Assembly: GCF_001462205.1 (NCBI RefSeq)
Contig: NZ_LKIR01000068.1
Span: 15,798 to 36,218, forward strand
Length of the DNA: 20,421 bases
Origin: Haloparvum sedimenti
GTDB lineage: Archaea; Halobacteriota; Halobacteria; Halobacteriales; Haloferacaceae
Reading direction: 5' to 3'
The position numbers and the translations under genes are program-made. This document shows, piece by piece, positions 8,732 to 16,145 of this stretch. Positions within the stretch are counted from its first letter, which is position 1. Each line of letters starts with the position of its first letter. The notes under the pieces were generated by a model. It ran no database searches. It worked only from the letters and a program-made list of their open reading frames with translations, and was not told the DNA's origin.

Positions 8732-9580
8732 ATGTCGCCGGCCGCCCTCACCCCGCCAATGACGGACCCACGCGTCGTCTCGCTGGCGCCGAGCGCGACC
8801 GCGACGCTCGCGGCGATGGACGCCGCGGACCTGCTCGTCGGCGTCACGACGCACTGCGAGGTCCCGACGGCTCCGGAGCGCCGCGGAACCGGCGACGCCT
8901 CGCCGACCCGGATCGGCGGGTGGCTGAACCCTGACCCCGAGCGCGTGGCCGCGCTCGACCCGGACCTGATCCTCACCAGCGACCCCCTGCAGGCCGACCT
9001 CGCCGAGGAGTTCCGCGACCGCGGCCACGCCGTCCACCACGCCGAGCCGGCGACGCTGGACGAGGTTCTCGACTCCTTCGCCGATCTGGGCGCCGCCGTC
9101 GACAGGCCGGCGGCCGGTCGCGACCTCCGTGCGCGCGCCCGGGACCGCCTCGACCGCGTCGCCGACGCCGTCGCGCCCGCGGTGGCCGAGTGCGGACGGT
9201 CTGTCGTCTACTGTGAGGAGTGGTCGGATCCGCCGATGGCCGCCGGCAACTGGGTCCCGGACGCGGTCCGCGCCGCCGGCGGCCGCTACCCCTTCGTCGA
9301 CGCGGGCGAGCGCTCCCGGGAGGTCGCCGGCGAAGTCGTCGAGGCCGCCGACCCGGACCACGTCGTCCTCCACGTTTGCGGCCGCGGGGAGCGCTCCGAC
9401 CCCGAGACTGTCCGGAGCCGCGACTGGGACATCGACGCGCCGGTCCACGTCGTCGACGACGACCTCCTCAACCAGCCGAGTCCGGCGTTGATCGACGGCG
9501 TGGAGCGGCTCGCCGAACTCCTCCATCCGGTGGTCGACGCCGACCGGAGGATCCCGCCCGGAGCCGACACCGATTTGTGA
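8732..9580 (+). CDS. BtuF/TroA-like periplasmic-binding-protein-fold protein (cobalamin/siderophore-binding type), without an obvious signal peptide
   Basis: VVSLAPSATATLAAMDAADLLVGVTTHCEVP...GGWLNPDPERVAALDPDLIL...VVYCEEWSDPPMAAGNWVPDAVRAAGG is the class-III SBP (BtuF-like) pattern. The start is set at the ATG at 8732, with an alternative at 8759. The ORF-track N-terminal extension to 8516 overlaps the tfb start and is rejected. Confidence 0.65.
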   Translation: MSPAALTPPMTDPRVVSLAPSATATLAAMDAADLLVGVTTHCEVPTAPERRGTGDASPTRIGGWLNPDPERVAALDPDLILTSDPLQADLAEEFRDRGHAVHHAEPATLDEVLDSFADLGAAVDRPAAGRDLRARARDRLDRVADAVAPAVAECGRSVVYCEEWSDPPMAAGNWVPDAVRAAGGRYPFVDAGERSREVAGEVVEAADPDHVVLHVCGRGERSDPETVRSRDWDIDAPVHVVDDDLLNQPSPALIDGVERLAELLHPVVDADRRIPPGADTDL

Positions 9581-9628
9581 CACCCACCCGGAGCCGACAC
9601 CGATTTGTGACACCCACCCGGAGCCGCC
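9557..9628. repeat. Perfect 30-bp tandem duplication (2 full copies plus a 12-bp partial third) spanning the stop codon of the preceding gene
   Basis: CCCGGAGCCGACACCGATTTGTGACACCCA occurs at 9557-9586 and again at 9587-9616, followed by CCCGGAGCCGCC and then ctcATG of the next gene. Confidence 0.9.
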
Positions 9629-9631
9629 CTC

Positions 9632-10162
9632 ATGCACGTCGCCGTCGGTAGCGGCAACCCGGTGAAACGCGACGCGGTCGAGCGCGCTCTCGCGGCCGGC
9701 GGGGACACCGTCGCTCGCGACGCGACGGTCGAGGCCCAGCCCGTCCCCTCGGGCGTGAGCGAACAGCCCCGCGGCCACGCGGAGACGATCCGCGGCGCGG
9801 AGACCCGAGCGCGGAACGTGCTCGCCGAGGGCGACTACGACCTCGGAGTCGGGCTGGAGGGCGGCGTCGCCGCGTTCGACGGCACCGACGGGCTGTTCCT
9901 GATCATGTGGGCCGCGGTCGACGACGGCGACACGGTCGGCCGCGGCGCCGGGCCGAGCATGCGGCTCCCCGCCGAGATCGAGCGTCGCGTCGCCGACGGC
10001 GCCGAACTCGGGCCGGTGATGGACGACGTGCTCGACGCCGAGGGCGTCGCCAGAAGGGGCGGTGCGGCGGGCGCGTTCACCGGTGACCGCGTCGACCGCA
10101 CCGCGGCGCTGGAAACCGCGGTCGCGGGCGCGCTGGGACCGTTCGTCACGAAGCTCTACTGA
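9632..10162 (+). CDS. Inosine/xanthosine triphosphatase, YjjX/DUF84 family (non-canonical purine NTP phosphatase)
   Basis: From memory, it aligns end to end with E. coli YjjX. MHVAVGSGNPVKRDAV matches MHQVVCATTNPAKIQAI, SGVSEQPRGHAETIRGAETRARN matches [20 protein letters not shown], and DGAELGPVMDDV...AGAFTGDRVDRTAALETAVAGALGPF matches EGEALGPVMSRYTG...[26 protein letters not shown]. Confidence 0.8.
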   Translation: MHVAVGSGNPVKRDAVERALAAGGDTVARDATVEAQPVPSGVSEQPRGHAETIRGAETRARNVLAEGDYDLGVGLEGGVAAFDGTDGLFLIMWAAVDDGDTVGRGAGPSMRLPAEIERRVADGAELGPVMDDVLDAEGVARRGGAAGAFTGDRVDRTAALETAVAGALGPFVTKLY

Positions 10163-10312
10163 TCGCCTTCCCACCCGCGCCCTTTTGACCGATGCCGCGC
10201 CAGACGCCCCGTGCCCGACTTCGGGCGCCGGGACGGAACGCGGGTGCGCGGCACGGACGTTCCGGTGATCGACGAGTCCGTGTCGCCTGCCAGCCCCGAC
10301 GGCCCGGGTGGC

Positions 10313-12124
10313 TCACTCGTGGAGCGGCTCCGCCTCGCTCGCGTCCGCGCTCTCCTCGACCGCGGTCGTCAGCGAGACGTTGAGCACCAGCATCGACACG
10401 ATACCGCCGACCACCGTGACGACGTTCTTGAGCGCGTGGTCCAGCACCGCCGCGCCGAACGCCACCGGGAACGTGATCGGCGTCAGTCCGATCACCAGCA
10501 CCGTGAACGCCCCCTCGTAAAGGCCGATACCGCCCGGAGACAGCGGGAGCACCTTCGCGAGGTTGCCGACGCTCACGGCGAAAAAGCAGACCGCGAGCAG
10601 CGTCACCGGGTCCAGCCCCACGCCGAACGCCGCCAGCACCAGCGCCGCCACGAGCACGTCGATCACCCAGATGACCACGCTCGAGGCGCCGACGCGGGCG
10701 AACGCGGCCGGATCGCCGCCGACTCGCTGGACGTCGCCGACGAACCGCTCCAGCACCGTCGCCACGTACTCGCCGTAGGAGTCGTCGCTGACGGCTTCGA
10801 CGAGCGCCCGAACGCGGTTCGCGTCCGAGCGCGCGGACAGCACGATCCCGATGACCGCGCCGACCGCGGCGAGTCCGACAGCCATGGCGACGTACACCGC
10901 GACGCGGCCGGCGTCGTCGCCGCCCGCGACCGCCACGAGTACCTCGGCGAACTGGCCGGACGCGGCGTAGCCGACCAGCACCACGCCCGCCAGCCCCGCG
11001 AGCGTCAGCAGGTCGAAGACGCGCTCGGCCGCCAGCGATGCGAATCCGGAGGGATACGGGATCCCACGGCGCACCTTCACGACGTACGCGCGCACCGCGT
11101 CCCCCATCCGCGCCGGGAACACGAGGTTCCCCGTCTGCGAGATGAAGATCGCGCCAGTCAGGAACCCGGTCCGCTCGTGAAACCCGAGCTCACGGAGGAT
11201 GTCACGGTAGCGGTAGCCGCGGAGGGGCCACGACGCCGCGTACAGCACCGTCGCCGCGACCACTAACTCGGTGTCCGCACGCCGCATCTCCGCCAGTACG
11301 GCACCCAGATCGAGGTACTGCGTCATCAGCGCCGCCGCGGCCACCACCAGCAGGAACCCCGCGGCGGCCGTCTCCCGGCGACCGACGCGGGGCGCCACCG
11401 AGAGCTGCCACCAGAGCCGCACGATCTGCGACCCCATACCGACCACGTCACGGATGAGGTCGACCTTCGTGTCGCCCTTCGGCTCCCAGTCGACCGGGAA
11501 CTCCTTGACCGCGAGCCCCGCGCGCTGGGCGCGCACCAGGAGCTCCGTGTCCCAGAACCAGTGGTCGTCCTCGATGTCGTCACGAAGTCGCTCGAACGCC
11601 TCCCGGGACAGCGCCTTGAAGCCGCACTGATGGTCCCGGAGGTCCGACCGCAGCACCGTCCGAACGAGCAGGTTGTAGCCACGCGAGGGGACCCCGCGCT
11701 TCGCCGGCCGGTCGGCCTCGTTCCCGGGCATCCAGCGCGAGCCCGTGGCCACGTCGTACTCCCCGGAGCGAACCGACTCGACCAGCTCCTCCAGGTGTCG
11801 CATATCGGTGGCCAGATCCGTGTCAAAGTAGACGAGCGTCTCGCCGGAGGCGGTCGCGAACGCGTGCTCGAGCGCGCCGCCGCGACCGAGCCGCTCGTCG
11901 CTGTGGTGGTGGCGAACGCGATCGTCCGCGTCCGCGAGCCGTTCCGCGATCTCGGGCGTCCGGTCGTCGCAGCCGTCCTCCGCGACGATCACCTCGAAGG
12001 AGTCGGTCGGGAGGAACTCGCCGAGCGCCGACAGCGCCATCTCCACGGTCCCCTCGATCGTCGCCTCCTCGTTGTACGCGGGAAGGACCACGCTTACGGT
12101 CCGGTCCCCGGACGACCCGGTCAT
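10313..12124 (-). CDS. Family-2 glycosyltransferase (Dol-P-sugar synthase-like) fused to a C-terminal flippase-like / UPF0104 multi-TM domain, an AglD-like architecture
   Basis: The N-terminus TVSVVLPAYNEEATIEGTV..VAEDGCDDRT..FDTDL is a GT2 catalytic core. The C-terminal 300 aa are polytopic and contain the GNLAKVLPLSPGGIGLYEGAF flippase-like motif. The start is set at the ATG at 12122-12124 (MTGSSGDRTVSVV). The TTG/extension to 12241 has no support. TACTTATC lies at -24..-31 (12148-12155). Confidence 0.8.
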   Translation of the reverse strand: MTGSSGDRTVSVVLPAYNEEATIEGTVEMALSALGEFLPTDSFEVIVAEDGCDDRTPEIAERLADADDRVRHHHSDERLGRGGALEHAFATASGETLVYFDTDLATDMRHLEELVESVRSGEYDVATGSRWMPGNEADRPAKRGVPSRGYNLLVRTVLRSDLRDHQCGFKALSREAFERLRDDIEDDHWFWDTELLVRAQRAGLAVKEFPVDWEPKGDTKVDLIRDVVGMGSQIVRLWWQLSVAPRVGRRETAAAGFLLVVAAAALMTQYLDLGAVLAEMRRADTELVVAATVLYAASWPLRGYRYRDILRELGFHERTGFLTGAIFISQTGNLVFPARMGDAVRAYVVKVRRGIPYPSGFASLAAERVFDLLTLAGLAGVVLVGYAASGQFAEVLVAVAGGDDAGRVAVYVAMAVGLAAVGAVIGIVLSARSDANRVRALVEAVSDDSYGEYVATVLERFVGDVQRVGGDPAAFARVGASSVVIWVIDVLVAALVLAAFGVGLDPVTLLAVCFFAVSVGNLAKVLPLSPGGIGLYEGAFTVLVIGLTPITFPVAFGAAVLDHALKNVVTVVGGIVSMLVLNVSLTTAVEESADASEAEPLHE

Positions 12125-12250
12125 TGGCCAATCCTGGCCGCGGCGGAGATAAGTACCTTCTGAAGCCGCGGGGTTCGACCGACGTACCGGAACCGGCGTC
12201 CAGCCCCCCCGATCCGTACGACTTCGCCCCAAAAACCGCACGCAGGAGGC

Positions 12251-12553
12251 ATGTTAACCACGTCTACCAAACGCCCTTTCCGAGGTGGAGCCGTTCGACA
12301 CGGTATGAGCACCACCACCGCGGCGGGGACGGCCGGTGCGGCGCTGACCGACAAGCAGGCGCGGATCCTCGCATATCTCCGGGAGAACGCCGGCGACCGC
12401 ACGTACTTCAAGTCCCGGCTCATCGCGGACGACCTCGACCTCTCGGCGAAGGAGGTCGGCGCGAACATGAGCGCCGTCCGCGACGCCGTGACGGACCTCA
12501 CGATCGAGAAGTGGGGGTACTCCTCGGGGACGACGTGGATGGTCTCGGCGTAG
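12251..12553 (+). CDS. Small hypothetical protein with a winged-helix-like segment
   Basis: LTDKQARILAYLRENAGDRTYFKSRLIADDLDLSAKEVGANMSAVRDAV resembles a wHTH. There is an alternative start at the ATG at 12305 (MSTTTAAG). It is divergent from the GT2 gene, and AGGAGG lies directly before the ATG at 12251. The function is unknown. Confidence 0.45.
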   Translation: MLTTSTKRPFRGGAVRHGMSTTTAAGTAGAALTDKQARILAYLRENAGDRTYFKSRLIADDLDLSAKEVGANMSAVRDAVTDLTIEKWGYSSGTTWMVSA

Positions 12554-12612
12554 GCCGCGCCGCCCGACCCGCCGACGCGACGCTTTTGTCTTTCCCCCAC
12601 CTTCCGTGAGGC

Positions 12613-13284
12613 ATGTACGACGCCATCCTGTTCGACATGGACGGCGTGTTGCTCGTCGGCGCCGGCACGGACCCGGGCGTCTACCGGATGGCCGCCCACG
12701 ACGCACTCCGCGAGGTCGGCGTCGACCCGCCGACCGTCTCCGACGGCCACGCCGAAACCCTCGAGGCCGTTCACTACTCCGACGAGATGGCGACGGCGTG
12801 CGACGCGCTCGACGTCGACCGCGACCGGTGGTGGGCGGCCCGCGAGCGGAACGCCTCCCGACGGACGAACGCACGCGTCCGGTCGGGCGCTCGTCGGCGG
12901 TACGACGACGTGGCGGCGTTGCCCGACCTCGCGTCGGACCGGCGGCTCGGCCTCGTGAGCAACAACCGGCACGCGACGGCCGCCTTCGTCGCCGATTTCT
13001 GTTTCCCCGGCGTCTTCGAGGCGGTCGTCGGGCGGGAGCCGACCGTTGCCGACTACCGACGACGGAAGCCGGAGCCGACCCTCATCGATCGCGGGCTGGG
13101 TACCATGGAAGCGACCGCAGGGCTGTACGTCGGTGACCGCGAGACCGACGTGGTCGCCGCGGAGCGCGCGGGGCTCGACACCGCGTTCGTCGAGCGACCG
13201 CACAACGAGTCCTCGGACCTCGATGCGGACCCGACGATCATGGTGGAGTCGCTGTACGACCTCCGTGACCGTCTCGAGCGCTGA
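12613..13284 (+). CDS. HAD-superfamily hydrolase (subfamily IA, phosphatase/beta-phosphoglucomutase-like)
   Basis: It has the motif I FDMDGVLL at the N-terminus, LVSNN as motif II, and GDRETDVVAAERAGL as motifs III/IV. Confidence 0.8.
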   Translation: MYDAILFDMDGVLLVGAGTDPGVYRMAAHDALREVGVDPPTVSDGHAETLEAVHYSDEMATACDALDVDRDRWWAARERNASRRTNARVRSGARRRYDDVAALPDLASDRRLGLVSNNRHATAAFVADFCFPGVFEAVVGREPTVADYRRRKPEPTLIDRGLGTMEATAGLYVGDRETDVVAAERAGLDTAFVERPHNESSDLDADPTIMVESLYDLRDRLER

Positions 13285-13359
13285 CGGCAGGGGATCGTGC
13301 GGGACGGGCCGAACACGGAAGCGGAGGGGGAACGCGGCCGTGACGCACCGCCGGAGCGG

Positions 13360-13971
13360 TCAGGGGTCGTATCGAACGTAGTCGGCGGCCGCGTCGGCGA
13401 ACTCGACCGCTTCCGGGCCGAACGACTCCGCGTGACGCACCACGAGCGTGATAAGGCGTTCCGGCTCACGGAGGGCGTAGCCACGCTCACGGACCAGCAA
13501 CCCGGCATCGGCGAGGTCCGCGGCCGCGCCACTTATCGTCGGCCGGGAGACGCCGAGCTCGTCGGCGATGGCGGCGCCCGTCGCGTCGGGGTCGCGCAGG
13601 AGGGCGAGGATCAGCCCGCGGGGCGTCTCCCGTCTGAGGTAGCCGAGCGCCCGCTTGTCGACCGCGTCGAACCGTCCCGCGGGGAAAACCCGCCGGTAGT
13701 CACCGTCTTTCACGGACTCGATCGCGCCCGCGGATTCGAGCTTGCGGAGGTGATGCTGGGCCTCGCCGGTCCCCAACCTGAGGTCGTCGCGCAGCTTCGA
13801 GAAGTGCGCGCCGGGCGTGGTCGCGACGTACCCTTGGATGGCCTCCCGCGTCTCGTTGGCGTCCTCGTCGGGAGCCGCTGCCGCGCTCCCGGCGGCGGCG
13901 AGCGGCGCGGCTCCGAGCGCGGCGAAGCGCCGCAGCGTGGCCCGTTTCCGCTCGTCGACGCCGTCACTCAT
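13360..13971 (-). CDS. Transcriptional regulator with two tandem winged-helix domains (ArsR/TrmB-like) and a twin-arginine-signal-like N-terminus
   Basis: wHTH 1 is TPGAHFSKLRDDLRLGTGEAQHHLRKLESAGAIES and wHTH 2 is ILALLRDPDATGAAIADELGVSRPTISGAAADLADAGLLVRERG. The N-terminus KRATLRRFAALGAAPLAAAGSAAAAP resembles a haloarchaeal Tat leader. TTTTACT lies at about -25..-31 (13995-14001). Confidence 0.6.
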   Translation of the reverse strand: MSDGVDERKRATLRRFAALGAAPLAAAGSAAAAPDEDANETREAIQGYVATTPGAHFSKLRDDLRLGTGEAQHHLRKLESAGAIESVKDGDYRRVFPAGRFDAVDKRALGYLRRETPRGLILALLRDPDATGAAIADELGVSRPTISGAAADLADAGLLVRERGYALREPERLITLVVRHAESFGPEAVEFADAAADYVRYDP

Positions 13972-14079
13972 CGTCCGAAGGTGGACGAGCGCCGAGTAAA
14001 AGGGCTTCGTTCGCCGTGTGCGTTAGTGACACGAGAAGGAACCACACCCGTCTAGGGCCGACGGCCGATCCTCCGAACG

Positions 14080-14096
14080 GGAGTGACCGTCACTCC
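14080..14096. promoter_or_regulatory. Perfect 17-bp palindrome GGAGTGAC-c-GTCACTCC overlapping the SPFH stop codon. It is a terminator hairpin or an operator candidate.
   Basis: It has 8-bp perfect arms and a 1-nt spacer, and the SPFH stop TGA (14090-14092, minus) sits in its centre. It lies about 80 nt upstream of the TATA-like box of the divergent-side regulator gene (13360..13971). Confidence 0.5.
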
Positions 14097-15229
14097 GTCT
14101 CGGGTTCCGCTTCCGCGTCCGCCTCGGGGACTTCCTCGTCCATCTCCTGGATGACTTCGTCGGCGGACTTGATCCCCGATTCGCCGCCGGCCTTGACCTT
14201 TTCTGCCTCCTGTTCGAGCTCTTCGACGTTCATCTCGGCCGCTTCGTCTATCTGGCCGAGGATTTCGTCGATGTCGTCGAGACCGAGCATCTGCCGGGTC
14301 TCCTCGTCGAACTCCAGCCCTTCGAGCCCCTCCGATTCGGTGGCCACGTCGGAGCCGGTGAGGTGTTTCCCGTACCGGCCCACCAGACTCGTCAGCTCCT
14401 GCGGGAGGACGAAGGTCGTGGACTCGCCTTGGCCGATGGCCTCAAGCGTCTCCATCCCGCGCTCGATGACGGCGCGCTCACCCATCGACTCCGCGGACTT
14501 CGCGCGGAGGACGGTGGAGATGGCGTCACCCTGCGCCTCGAGGATCTGGCTCTGCTTTTCACCCTGCGCGCGGATGATGTTGGACTGCTTTTCCCCCTCC
14601 GCCTGCTCGACCGCGGACCGGCGTTCACCCTGCGCTTCGAGGATCATCGCGCGGCGGCGGCGCTCCGCGGAGGTCTGCTGCTCCATCGCCTGCTGGACAT
14701 CCTTCGAGGGGTTGACCTCGCGGACCTCGACGCTCTCGACGCGGATCCCCCACTCGTCGGTGGGCTCGTCGAGCTCCTTCCGGATCTTCGCGTTGATCTC
14801 CTGCCGCTTGTTCAGCGTGTCGTCCAGCTCCATGTCGCCGAGCACCGCACGGAGCGTCGTCTGGGCGAGGTTCGAGACGGCTTTCTTGTAGTCGTCGACC
14901 TCGAGGAACGCCTTCTTGGCGTCCATCACCTTGATGTAGACGACCGCGTCGGCGGTCACCGGGGAGTTGTCACGCGTGATCGCCTCCTGTCGAGGGACGT
15001 CGAGGGTCTGCGTCCGCATGTCGAACGGGTAGGTGCGGGAGACGAAGGGCGGAATGACGTTGATGCCCGGTTCTAGCAGCTTTCTGTACTCGCCGAACAC
15101 CGTGAGCGCCTCCTTTTCGTACGCGTCCACGATCTCGACGGACTGCCAGACCGCGACGACGACCAGAAGCAGAAAGAGCAGGCCGACGCCCGCCAGTCCC
15201 ACGTCGAGTTGGAGGGTAAGGAACTCCAT
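14090..15229 (-). CDS. SPFH/Band-7 (stomatin/prohibitin-like) membrane protein
   Basis: An N-terminal TM segment is followed by an SPFH core (IVDAYEKEALTVFGEYRKLLEPGINVIPPF...ITRDNSPVTADAVVYIKV) and a long coiled-coil with an EAQGE-repeat acidic tail. The ATG at 15227-15229 is preferred, with an in-frame GTG at 15235. An AT-rich promoter-like tract lies at 15236-15262. Confidence 0.88.
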   Translation of the reverse strand: MEFLTLQLDVGLAGVGLLFLLLVVVAVWQSVEIVDAYEKEALTVFGEYRKLLEPGINVIPPFVSRTYPFDMRTQTLDVPRQEAITRDNSPVTADAVVYIKVMDAKKAFLEVDDYKKAVSNLAQTTLRAVLGDMELDDTLNKRQEINAKIRKELDEPTDEWGIRVESVEVREVNPSKDVQQAMEQQTSAERRRRAMILEAQGERRSAVEQAEGEKQSNIIRAQGEKQSQILEAQGDAISTVLRAKSAESMGERAVIERGMETLEAIGQGESTTFVLPQELTSLVGRYGKHLTGSDVATESEGLEGLEFDEETRQMLGLDDIDEILGQIDEAAEMNVEELEQEAEKVKAGGESGIKSADEVIQEMDEEVPEADAEAEPETE

Positions 15230-15425
15230 GTACACACGTTAGCATATCCAAACATAAGGGTTGGCCCGAGGGGATCGACGAGCTGATCCCGCGAGCCGAC
15301 CGACCGTCCACTCCGTTTCCCTCAAACGGCACACAGCCCGATCCGGTTCCTGATCGGCGCAGGGTTCGACCTGACCCAGTCGTCGTCGGACGCCACTGGG
15401 ACCGGTCAGACGCCGCCGTGGTTGG

Positions 15426-16046
15426 TCAGACGCCCCCGGATCCGGTTTCCCTCTCGGCGTCTCGGTCGGCTTCCCGCTCGGGCTCGCCACTTTGCTCGGT
15501 CTCCGCGGCACGGGCCGACCGTTCCCGATCGGCCGCGAGCTCGCGGTCGATGTCGTCCTCGACGACGCCCAGCGACTCCACGGTCACCACGTTCCCCCCG
15601 CCAGGGTCGACCACCATCACCTCGGTTCCCTCCTCGATCTCGCCGTCGAGCGATCGCGCCGAGTAGTAGGGGTTGAACCCGCCGGCGTCGAGTTTGACCT
15701 CGCCCTCGGTGGGGGTGACGCGCTCCGTCACGCGGCCGGTCTCGCCCTTGAGCGTGCCGCTGTCCCGCGTCTGCTGTTGGCCTTTTCCCCCGTAGAGGTC
15801 GAGTTCGTGATAGCCGTAGAAGGCGACCGCCCCGAAGACCAGTATCAGGAGACCGAGCAGGAAGGGACTCGCGAGCGGACCGAGCACGAGCCCGACGAGG
15901 CCGGCACCCAGCAGAGCGATCCCGACGACGATGAAGTTCGCGCCCGGCGCCACCGCCTCCGCCATCGAGAGCAGCAGTCCGGCCGCGAGCAACAGCAGCG
16001 GGAGGGTCTCCGGGCCGATAAGGTCCAGCTGGACGAGCAGTTCCAT
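15426..16046 (-). CDS. NfeD-family membrane protein (short form with C-terminal OB-fold), partner of the SPFH protein
   Basis: Hydrophobic N-terminal helices are followed by GRVTERVTPTEGEVKLDAGGFNPYYSARSLDGEIEEGTEVMVVDPGGGNVVTVE, an NfeD beta-barrel. It lies directly upstream of the SPFH gene on the same strand. ACTTAATC lies at -23..-30 (16069-16076). Confidence 0.8.
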   Translation of the reverse strand: MELLVQLDLIGPETLPLLLLAAGLLLSMAEAVAPGANFIVVGIALLGAGLVGLVLGPLASPFLLGLLILVFGAVAFYGYHELDLYGGKGQQQTRDSGTLKGETGRVTERVTPTEGEVKLDAGGFNPYYSARSLDGEIEEGTEVMVVDPGGGNVVTVESLGVVEDDIDRELAADRERSARAAETEQSGEPEREADRDAERETGSGGV

Positions 16047-16145
16047 GGTCCCGCTTCGGGAGCCATCCGATTAAGTTGTGGCCCGGTCGCCGCGCTCGCC
16101 GTGAGCAGGGCGATCACGGAGCATCGCGCCCCTCCGTGCAGGCGG

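Noticed and set aside
9557-9628. CRISPR array or phage att site for the 30-bp direct repeats. The same question was asked for the 20-bp array at 18044-18160.
   Set aside because: The units are directly abutting with no spacers, there are only 2-5 copies, and there are no cas genes in the window. These are tandem duplications or a minisatellite, not CRISPR.
10163-10312. Imperfect hairpin CGGAACG-n17-CGTTCCG between the convergent yjjX-like and GT2 genes as a bidirectional terminator
   Set aside because: It is plausible, but the stem is short with a large loop and no adjacent T-run. The only T-tract is TTTT at 10184-10187. The support is too weak to call.
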